The position numbers and the translations under genes are program-made. A stretch of 63,934 nt of DNA, counting the filler, from Salisapilia sapeloensis CBS 127946 (taxonomy: Eukaryota; Protista; Oomycota), in the NCBI GenBank assembly GCA_023334545.1. It is 14 parts of 14 records of this genome, joined end to end, with 100 filler letters (N's around TTAATTAATTAA, not from the genome) between each part and the next. Parts side by side here need not be neighbours in the genome. Positions count along the whole stretch, not along the records: positions 1 to 4,033 come from JAADVB010000697.1; positions 4,134 to 6,619 come from JAADVB010000894.1; positions 6,720 to 9,037 come from JAADVB010000921.1; positions 9,138 to 12,302 come from JAADVB010000782.1; 10 more parts are not named here. One strand, given 5' to 3'. The notes beneath the pieces are model-generated. The model was not told the origin of the DNA. It made no database searches and saw only the letters and a list, made by a program, of their open reading frames with translations. This document shows positions 1-9,464 of the stretch, piece after piece; position 1 is the stretch's first letter, and each line of letters opens with the position of its first letter.

Positions 1-267
1 CGCCCGTCAAACGTGCCATAGATGTCTGAATCAGTCGATCCAATCTCCGATGCCGTCGCCATTGCGCTAGAGCTCCGATTCAGCTATGACTCTGCACATC
101 CTTTAGACAAAGTACACTCATTCAGGAGAAAAATCCCATCTCCGTCCGTAATTTATGTTTGTGCAACGCAAGTACGTCAGCAGCTTCTCTTAAAATTTGT
201 ATGAACCTGATAATAGTAAGTAAGATTTCAAAAGTAAATTACGATTGGCAGTGATGGGATCTTTGCG

Positions 268-410
268 TTTGGTATGAAGCAGGCGTTCTCGCTAACTCGA
301 AGCAAGTTTAAGCGTCAACTGCCGGTCCGTTCAAAGCTAAAAATGAGCAGATTGCCTGTCTGTTTTTGCGTTTACATATAAGTAGTGTGGAAGTTGTCGT
401 TTAAAAATTC
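268..410. repeat. Dispersed degenerate repeat, copy A (partner at about 27774-27905); probably a relic of a decayed minus-strand coding sequence
   Basis: 288-351 aligns ungapped with 27790-27853 at 54/64 identity, and similarity continues on both sides. Both copies translate on the minus strand to 'TD(R/*)QLTLKLA' with in-frame stops. Confidence 0.7.
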
Positions 411-2246
411 GCTTCTATTTCTTGGAAGTCACCTCTGGAGGTGGCTTGAATCAGATTGAAGGCTGAACAAGCCTTAAACGCAAGCAGAGTCTCCATAAAA
501 GCATATTTTGTAAACTTTGATTCTCTACTATCGTCGGGGTAAAAGTTAATGCTACATAAAGGCTGGAAACGCCGATCCATTTAACTCAAGTGGTATTCAT
601 TGCCAATGAAGGAAACCCTCGATTAAAGGTAATTGAAAGAATTGCCTGATTTCGAGTGCATCTGTGATCCTTAAAACTCCTGCAAGGAAAAGTCCAGAAA
701 CTGTATAAAAGCTTGTTCCTTAGGTTACTGAAGGAATGGAAATTTGGGTAGCCAAAGTTTTCACTAAAGCGAAGTCATTACAAACTTTCGTATTTCCTAA
801 GTTATATTCATTAGTAGGCAGCAAGGTCACGGCTAGCCGTATTAACTTTAATGATCTTGCTTCGGCTTTAATTTTGCGTTGCCTTCTTTTCTATAAATCT
901 CTACCTGACGTGAAAGTCCTTTGGTATTACTCAAAAGTGCGGATACTCTGACAAGCGTGGAAACATAGCTAGCTTTGACTTGATCCACGTCTACCATTGA
1001 ATCCCATCGAATTTATGGCCATCCACTACACAAAGTGGTTTGTGGGTTGCTCACTGTCACTAGAGCTATGAGATTGAAGGACAATCTTTAACGCGTTCAC
1101 GAGTTTGCGGTCATAATTGTTTCCGTGAGACGGAACCCGGGAAGCTTGTGCCAGTTGTGATTTCCAGAGCTTTTATGCAGACCGTCTGATCGAAATAGTT
1201 TGGATCGACACTATGTAGCATGGGTACAAGTTTTAATGGAGCGTTTATGCTAGCTTGTCCAACTAGCTATATCTAGTCGTGTATGACAAGACTGGCATTG
1301 CGTTTTTGTGCCACTCAAAGAGCACGGTTTCATTTTTTAGTTAAGCAACGGTCTATTTATCAACATCACTATCTAAGCCTAATGTGAACGCTAATAGCCG
1401 TTAAGGGAATCCCGGAAGTGTATTAGGATCTCCTGGCGATTAAAAACCTAACTTACGTGTTCTGATCTCAGTATTTGTGAACCAAGTAGTCCGTATCGAT
1501 ATCACTGACGAGTGTCGTCGGACAAATAAGCAGCTATAGCGTATAGATTGGATCGTGAAGCCTATCCTGAAACTTGGAAACTGCACTTCGATTCCATGGC
1601 AATGTTGGCGGCCACATCAGCCATTCGAGGCATCGAAGGCGGTCTACTACCGAACACCTATGGACGCAGCTGCCGACCAAGCGACTTCATCGATTATAGA
1701 TGATGAGTTATCAGGGAGATGCCTTTTCGCAATTGGCATAAGACATGAGCGCTGTCACCTATTACATGAACATCGGCTTGACGCAAACGAAGTGCTACCT
1801 ACAGACCAGCTACAAACCCTTTGTATTCGGCTAAGGTGTTTGTCGTAGAGGATAAGGCATAGAGAGCACGATTCCATGTGAGGGAAGTGCAGCTAATTGA
1901 AGTTGGAAGTTTATCCATCGCAACCAAAGAGAAATCCTTTCGCTCTCCTAAACTTGGACTAGAGAATGTAGAGTATAGGCTACCACAAATAGCAACATGA
2001 TGTAAAAGCGCCGACAAGAGATCAAGTCAAATAAAGATGAGTAGCTCATTATCACCCTTAGCTACGCATAAGCAGTACGAAAAGTGACGGCTGTCGTGAA
2101 ACCCTGATCTATACGTTTCCCGGTTTTTGCCCCATTTTCTCTTATAAGTTACACGCGGGTATTTGAATACTATCCGCCAACTAGACGCAAGTGAATAAGT
2201 CGGCCCGTCACTTTTGAGTCAAGCTTCCAGAGAGAGAACACCCGTC

Positions 2247-4033
2247 ATGACCAGTTTCTTGATTCTGTTGACATGTCTTCTGGCAGGCAGTCCACTGAGT
2301 GTCCAAGGAGTGAACGGTGATCCAATCGCCACCAGGACACTGCTCGTACAGTCGGACTGCAACAGCGAATGCGAGGGATATGATGCCTGCGTTATCTATG
2401 ATAGCAACGATGACAATCCGTGTAACGATGGTGCTAATTCGGAGGACAAAGACACAAATTCGAGCATATGGAATTCATGCCAAACAGTGAAGGAAGACTC
2501 GGACTATCAGTATCAATGCTTCAACATGACCTCCAAGCTAGTTGATCCTGGCATATGGAGCTTCGTCGTTACTTCCGAAAACCCCGGGAAAGAGTTTGAT
2601 CGATACGGCCCTCATCTTGGTGAAAAGTACCTGGATGCCGTTGATCTCCGGTTTGACTGGTCCGTAAAAACATTGTAAGATACAGTAACATCAGTCATTT
2701 AATCGGCTTCTAACTCGACGCCATAGCCGATTATGCGGATATACTTGCAATGGCGACAAAAGAGGCAAAGGTGTCAATGTCAAGGTTTCAAACGATACAC
2801 TTTCATTCCCAACAGGTCTCGATACTGCCTTCTTTCGCAATGTCGACTTTTCTAAAGACATTCCATCGCTCCTCGACTTGCCTGTTAGTTTAACGACACT
2901 CACAATGAACAGCTGTGAGCTTAAAGAAGTGCCGGATGTATCGCAAGCGACTTATTTAGAGTTTCTGTGCGTTTATTTTCACATGTAAAATGACTATGTG
3001 CCCCAGGAAAGCACTGAACAATTGATAGACAATTGGATGGAAACTACATCAAGAACTACCCTGCAGAGATGGGACTCCATAATCTTCGTACCCTGTAAGT
3101 ATCTCTTGAATCGATCATAACATCTAGCTAACGGACAACCTTCTCTTTGTAGTGAACTAAATAAAAATGAGCTGGAAACTTTCGAAGGAGAATTTACTAA
3201 TCTCGAGAATCTGTAAGCTATCCAACTGACCAGAGAAAGTGTCAAAAACTTATGCTGTCGTACAGGTACTTGCTGAATAACTCATTCCAGAAGATTCCGG
3301 AAAACATCGCAACTATGCGCCATCTAGGTCACTTGTATGCTATGAACTTTATCGAGGCAGTGGAGAAGGTATAACATGCTTGTGTGCATAGGCATTTAAG
3401 TGGAAATACTTTCACCGATCGAACGGTGTCGCCGGAGCTCTTGAAAGTTCTCAACAGGTCATTTCTCACGTTCAATTTGGACTCTGGAAACAGCACGCTG
3501 GATTGTCCAAGCGGTGAGATCTACGAGGCTCGTAGTAACGAGTTTGAGTTATGCGTTACTGACCAAAGCGCCTCAAGTCAAGACGAAACGAACCATACAA
3601 CCCCATCTCTTCCTCCAGCTCCTTTTCCTACGGCTGATGCTTTTGAAGAGGACGACTCATCGTCGCCCACAGTCATCTACATTGTCATTCCAATCGTCGT
3701 TATAATTATCATTGTTGGCGTCTTGCTCTACTGTTATCTAAAGCGACGAAAGCGAGACAAATCGCTGAATACGCGCTCTTCGAGCTATGCAGAGATCAAA
3801 ACACCGACAATTCTAGACAGCCAAGTAGGCAATGAGATAGCCAAGTACTCGATTTGGAACGATCAGCAGCTAGCTAATATCCAACTAAACGTCCACGACA
3901 TTCGCGATATCCAACAGATTGGCGGAGGCGCGTTCGGCGTCGTATACTTAGTCGAGTACCTTGGCGAGTTTTACGCTTCCAAGCGGATGCGTGAAGAAAA
4001 GAAAAATGCAGACGAGATCCAAAACTTTATCGA
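2247..4033 (+). CDS. LRR receptor-like kinase (signal peptide, Cys-rich N-terminus, LRRs, TM helix, TKL-type kinase); 3' end truncated by gap
   Basis: Hand-spliced exons 2247-2674, 2727-2966, 3029-3094, 3153-3212, 3266-3334 and 3392-4033 give one continuous frame, with GT-AG introns of 52-62 nt. Contains LxLxxN repeats (LQLDGN, LELNKN, LYLLNN, LHLSGN), TM 'VIYIVIPIVVIIIIVGVLLYCYL' followed by KRRKR, and kinase subdomain I 'IGGGAFGVVY'. Confidence 0.88.
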
Positions 4034-4133
4034 NNNNNNNNNNNNNNNNNNNNNNNNNNNNNNNNNNNNNNNNNNNNTTAATTAATTAANNNNNNNNNNN
4101 NNNNNNNNNNNNNNNNNNNNNNNNNNNNNNNNN
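4034..4133. other. Artificial contig spacer (44 N + TTAATTAATTAA + 44 N), first of 13
   Basis: Identical 100-bp spacers at 4034-4133, 6620-6719, 9038-9137, 12303-12402, 15529-15628, 21084-21183, 29785-29884, 30995-31094, 32330-32429, 39396-39495, 58405-58504, 59781-59880 and 62388-62487. The 12-mer puts stop codons in all six frames. Confidence 0.99.
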
Positions 4134-4182
4134 TCATCAATGTTTCCACTTGCTTTTGCATCCTGCCAACATCTATTTATAG

Positions 4183-5526
4183 GATGGCAGTGCGGATATC
4201 AGCAAAAGTGAAGCTCCTGTAGCGATTGCCAGTAAAATGGTAACTCAGCAGCAAGTAAGGGAGCCGCGCATTGCATTGGTGCCCCAGAAGAAACACGTCG
4301 AGCTCGCATTACGCTCGCAGCAAGAGGACGTTCCTCTAGACAGTGGGCATGCTGTCGGGAAGAAACACGAGACGGCGGAGCATTTACGGCTTGGCGAGCG
4401 CTTCTTGCTCGTCATCGGTAGATTAGCGAGACTCTCCAAAGTCGATCTCGAGGACGAGGATGAAGAGGAAGAGGAAGAGGGTGGTCAAGAAGACCAGGAA
4501 GTTGCTAGTGATCGCTTTAAGCAAGCTCAAGAAAAGTATGGCACGATGCCGTTATCACCACAGCGTAGTCCTGCAAAACATCAAGCTTTGCACTTGAATG
4601 CTGCGACTGAGCCTTTGCATGAGCACTTGACTTCCGAGATCGCCTCGATGCTACCTCTTCCGATTGACGACCGGGAACCACCTCTTGCTTCTCCAATTAA
4701 ACGAACGCAATTGCGTCGAAAAGTACGCTTACGCCGTCGTCGGCGTCGTAAGAGAAGACCTCGACAAGAGTGGCACCGGTCTCAAGTCACGTGGAAACCA
4801 GAGTTGTCTGAAGCTTATGTGATGAATCATTCCCGAATGGACTTTGTCGGCAGCTCGAGCTCTCTCGTGAAGAATCTAAGCAATCAGCGCGTATCGTCAA
4901 AGACTAGGATGAGACGCTTAACGGTCGGTCACTTGCCTTCCATCTCTAGGTCTCGCAGTTTGTCTAGTTTTCTTTCGTCGGCAGAAGCGACACGCAGAAC
5001 GGTTGCAATGGATGATATGGACGATGATCCAGGAGTAGAAAGCAGCACCAATGAAGCTACCGAAGAGGAGGATAAAGAGGTCGAGAGAAACATAGTAGAT
5101 CAAGAAGAAGAAGAGGTCTCGAGCGACACGACCGATCCCGCTTCTCCCGGGGTTTCCACCCCTCCGCCAGACGAAAGCGAGTTCAACCCTGATCCAAACC
5201 CGATTACGCCGAATGAAGACAGCGCATCCGCAACAGAGGAGACAAGCACGACAGAGTGCTCGGGCATTGCAGTTGGCGATTCGAATTTACAGTCTTTCCT
5301 ACCAACTATTTCTAATTCCCATCCGCCCGGTATGGACACTCGGCACCTATCTACTTGCAATCAAGCCTCTTCGTCCGCTCCCCAGCGGCTTTTCCACCAG
5401 CCAGCGCTCATTTCGTCCGAGCTCCGTGCTTGGTTGCTAGCCACTGGCATGTTCCCCACTCGACCAGGTCCAGCAGAGGAACCGCAGACGCTTGGGCTTA
5501 TGAAAAAAGAAAAATCAAATCGATGA
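4183..5526 (+). CDS. Terminal exon of an uncharacterised low-complexity (acidic/Ser/Arg-rich) protein; 5' end lost at gap
   Basis: Open frame of about 447 codons beginning after a pyrimidine-rich acceptor (..ctatttatAG at 4181-4182). Poly-E and poly-R tracts; no domain recognised. Confidence 0.6.
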   Translation, partial: DGSADISKSEAPVAIASKMVTQQQVREPRIALVPQKKHVELALRSQQEDVPLDSGHAVGKKHETAEHLRLGERFLLVIGRLARLSKVDLEDEDEEEEEEGGQEDQEVASDRFKQAQEKYGTMPLSPQRSPAKHQALHLNAATEPLHEHLTSEIASMLPLPIDDREPPLASPIKRTQLRRKVRLRRRRRRKRRPRQEWHRSQVTWKPELSEAYVMNHSRMDFVGSSSSLVKNLSNQRVSSKTRMRRLTVGHLPSISRSRSLSSFLSSAEATRRTVAMDDMDDDPGVESSTNEATEEEDKEVERNIVDQEEEEVSSDTTDPASPGVSTPPPDESEFNPDPNPITPNEDSASATEETSTTECSGIAVGDSNLQSFLPTISNSHPPGMDTRHLSTCNQASSSAPQRLFHQPALISSELRAWLLATGMFPTRPGPAEEPQTLGLMKKEKSNR

Positions 5527-5651
5527 AATATTTGTACAGCTTGCACTGTGGTCGTCAGGGCTAATCGCTTAGGCACATGCGCGACCGTCTCCTCAATACC
5601 CCAACTCTTGCCGAATGACAGAGTCAGAGTAGTTGCCGCGAGAGTACTTTA

Positions 5652-6619
5652 TCAAGTCTTTCCACTCTTATATGTGCCCACAGGCGGCTTGTAGCACTCT
5701 GGCAGCATCTTCCGTTGCACCTCGTTGAATGCAAACTTGGTGGCGCGCGTGTTCGAGTAGACGTTCTTCCTGCGGACGCCAAAGAGACGCATGGTGGAGC
5801 AGATGCGCGTGCCTTCCGTCGCCTGCATCTCGCCACAGCATATCCGTGCCTGCTCGAGGGTCACGGACATGGCGGTTCGATCCTTCCCACTCTTGCAGCA
5901 GGTTACTCTCGCTCCTCCGATCTCTCGGCAAAAGTCGGACGTGTCCGTCAGAAGCGCAACGTTCTTCTTGAACTGGTTGCTCGTGCTGGTGACATGCTTT
6001 TCAATCTGCGCCAAGAGCTCTCCGAGGGCGTCGACCGAGTACCTGCTGATGGGCGGTGGCTGGTCACTGTCGACCTGGAGCTTTTGGTACTCTCGAAAGA
6101 TCTGCTTGAGCTCCACCAGATTCTCCTGGTTCACGCGTTCCTGCACTCGGACTGAACTCGACTTGTACGCATGCACTAGACTCTGCTTCTCATTCACTCC
6201 TTGAGAAAAGAGGACGCTGCGGATTCGGAACGCCCGTCCTTCAGCCAAGTCTTTCGGGAGCGCATTCAAGTGGTGGGCTGTCACGCCAATTGTCACTAGA
6301 AGACAGCGACTGCTGCCACTCGCATCATCCGAAGAAGTGTCCGTCGCCCCAGAATACTCGGACACGACAAAGTAGCTACCTGCGTTACCAGCCCGACTGA
6401 AGCACACAAAGACGTTCCGGAGCCAACTCGTTGCGGCGACAAAGTCCTCCAGCATACCCGTTTCCTTCCCCTGCGTACTCAGCAGCGACTCGTAGTGGAC
6501 CAAGTACCCTAGCTTGGTCGCGTACTCAAACTGCAGCGCATGACGTCCACTACCGAGAGACGCGAGATCCAGTGATGACAGGATACACGCAATGGCAGAA
6601 GACAGGATCTGGCTGGAGA
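5652..6619 (-). CDS. INPP4: Type I/II inositol polyphosphate 4-phosphatase, C-terminal catalytic part; 5' end truncated
   Basis: CX5R motif 'CKSGKDRT' followed by 'AMSVTLEQ'; 'ESLLSTQGKETGMLED' resembles INPP4; frame stays open up to the gap at 6619. Confidence 0.88.
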
Positions 6620-6733
6620 NNNNNNNNNNNNNNNNNNNNNNNNNNNNNNNNNNNNNNNNNNNNTTAATTAATTAANNNNNNNNNNNNNNNNNNNNNNNNN
6701 NNNNNNNNNNNNNNNNNNNACGCTAAATCTTCG

Positions 6734-8465
6734 CTACGGATAGTCAGAGTAGTCGAATTGGAACGTCAGATCCATACCTATTTCAATACACAAACCAATA
6801 ATTAATTTAATGTAGACAAACCTCAGTAGAAGCGATAGGCGTACCAAAATGAGGGTATGGATACTGTGCCACGAGCAAGAGGAACAAGACGGTCCTAGCA
6901 GCAATCACCGTTCCTTGTGTCTTAATAGTAAAGCCAAGGAGTTTGATCGGACTGAAGCCAAACTTCCATCGGATATACGAGACGAATGCAATGAACGAAA
7001 GGAACTCTAGCCCTCCGTACAAAGCGATGCTGCGAATCGAGCTATAGAGAGTTTCTTCAGTTAAAAACCGAAAGTTGGCATGATACTTAGCATTCGGCAA
7101 ATTGTATAGGACAGACATGTAGATAATGTAGATGATGGGCACCACGAACTCTACGTATTCAAGTGATACTAAATATTCGCATCGGAAGAGCAGAGATTGC
7201 GTTTGTTGTAGGAGTAAGCTCTTGTCTTCATCTACACTTTCTCCTTGATTTGTACTCTTGGTCTTTCCACTGACACTATCTTGCATTGATGGAGTTTGCT
7301 TACAGACGAGATCTCTGTCGGATATAGGAAACGGAGCCACTGCTGTCTCTTTCACGAATAGATATGATGAGGATACTTTAGCATTTTGAAACAGCTTCTT
7401 CGGGGTCGAAGACTCGGGAGCAACTCTATTTTTGTTATGATCTTGTACCTCCTTATTCGACGTATGCTCTTCACTCGTAGCTGCTGACTGTGATTCACCT
7501 GGGATATCCCGAAGCACCATCAATAACAAATTCTCGCGATGATGGTAGTTTAATCTGCTCTGCATCTCACATACTTCTTTCGACGCTCTTTGGATGCAAT
7601 AGAGCGACCAGACCGAGTTAATTGCATCGTGCGCGATAAGAATGACCACTGACCACGACGACACTGCCGTCTGCATGCACGTTGAGACATAGAATGCGTT
7701 GAAAAGCTCTACGCAGAAGACTGTGGTGTGTATAATGTCTTTTGGCATGGATATAAGAAGGTTTGCCATGAGATTCTTCATGAGGACCTTCATGATTGGA
7801 AGCACAAGTACGAATGCAGCTTGATGCAAGCCTTGGAGTCTAATAAAAATAGCCGAGTAGGCTGGATAGGCGACCAACATTGTAGCTTGTGCGAGCATCA
7901 GCTTTATGGTAACTAGCAACGTTTTCGATACCGTTAGGTTGGACAAGCTGTGCTTCTCAAAGGTGAGTAGAATGACCATGCCAATAGCCAACACGCCAAG
8001 GACGACTATTATCAAAAGGCAAAAGGGTATCGGGAACATGAGCTGTTCACCAAATAGTACCAATATTCCTACCTCTGCTATCGTGATGATGACAGATGAC
8101 AATAGGAGAGTATGTGTCGGCATTAGAGCCTTTGAAAGCACTTGAAGGAGCTGATAGCTGCAGGTAACTGTACCTATGAATTGAAATCCAGAGGATCGAA
8201 GGTAGAACATGTAATTCGCGTCCCACCCTGCACTTGGAGACGCTAACGGGATAAGTTCCAGTGCAATTAAAAAGTTTAGTGCAGGTAGCGGTAAGGCAAT
8301 AAGAAGGCCAAGGCTCTTTATCCATGGCTCTTGAGAGTATTCTTGAAACGCTCGCAATGCTTCCATGGAGTAAACGCCTTTATGGGAAACTTGGAAGCGT
8401 CTCCAAACGCTCTTTATACTTTCCCAATTCGTGGGCATTTCATATGCTGGCGTAGAACTCTGCAT
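6734..8465 (-). CDS. Oomycete-type multi-pass transmembrane protein of unknown function
   Basis: Long ORF with many hydrophobic helices. An intron at 6778-6844 gives the C-terminus 'HFGMDLTFQFDYSDYP*'. Confidence 0.8.
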
Positions 8466-9137
8466 ATAGCTGAGCGTTATCGGTGTTCCCTGTGGTCGGC
8501 TTTGGTAGATTTATTTGGAGAGTACTCTTAATGTTGGCGTCATGAAACGATCGTTAAATACAGCTAAAGTCTATCTTATCCACTGGTACATGCGTCTAAA
8601 AATACTTTATATCATTCTCACATGGCAAGTGCGTTAAGATGCGTTACTGTAGAGCTTTATTACTTCTAATTAAACACAATTGGATTACTCCACGATGCAT
8701 ATTGTGAAGTTTCTGCAATGCAACTAAGCTCGACTGTCTGACATCTGCAAACAGCACAATCGTTTTAAATATGCGATTGGCTAAAGCGCCTCCTTCTTAT
8801 GAACCGTTTGGTCAACTTTTCTTCTCTTCGCAGCTTGTTTTAGGAAAGGATCTACACGCTACAAAATCCGTGGTCTTTGTGTCAGATAACGCGTCCCAAA
8901 GCTCTTCGGATCCTCTCTAGATTACCGTATCTTTGATAACATGGATGTACTTCATACAGCTTTATTGTGAGGAATATTTGTCGACTATGACAGTCCAGAA
9001 GCTACCAAAACAAATGTTAATCTTTTAAAAAGCAGCCNNNNNNNNNNNNNNNNNNNNNNNNNNNNNNNNNNNNNNNNNNNNTTAATTAATTAANNNNNNN
9101 NNNNNNNNNNNNNNNNNNNNNNNNNNNNNNNNNNNNN

Positions 9138-9464
9138 TAGCATATTTTTTGCGCATGAGGGCTCAGCTCATGCATGTTGTTTGTTTGAAGTTGCCAATGA
9201 CGACAACAAGCTCTACGAAGAAAGTTACGTCGACGATGTGGCTCGAAGCTGCGAATGCAAACAAGACATGATAGACCAAAGTAACAGAGGAGTGCACGTT
9301 TGAGCTAAGCATTAAGTTGAACATTGACTATGTTCGTACAAATCGACTACTTTCTTGTGATACAGGTACGCTCAAGCATACTGTTTCAAAAGATTTATCG
9401 ATACCACATTTGTATTCGTTTTAGGTAGGCAAAAAAATAGATTTCCCCAATCATCACAAGATTC
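9138..9464 (+). repeat. Left arm of an inverted repeat (327 bp visible; the true arm is probably longer)
   Basis: Reverse complement of 11976-12302 with 8 mismatches (7 transitions), all in the inner 186 bp. The outer 141 bp are identical. About 45% GC in the outer part. Confidence 0.97.

Noticed and set aside
975-1040. 'LNPIE' resembling the Tc1/IS630 DDE motif
   Set aside because: Isolated five-residue match with no other catalytic motif or TIR found; too weak to call.
2247-2400. Secreted proteins (here and at 31171) as RXLR or CRN effectors
   Set aside because: No RXLR-dEER or LFLAK/HVLV motif follows the signal peptides; both are LRR ectodomains.
4034-4133. Recurrent TTAATTAATTAA flanked by N, and ORF-track proteins containing X runs or ending 'LIN'
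   Set aside because: Synthetic six-frame-stop spacer; not a biological repeat, CRISPR array or motif.
9138-9160. 'TAG...CTA' ends read as hAT/Academ-like transposon termini, plus a 7-bp hairpin at 9153-9173
   Set aside because: The ends coincide with the 141-bp assembly overlap, so they are not demonstrably element termini. A single 7-bp stem is expected by chance.
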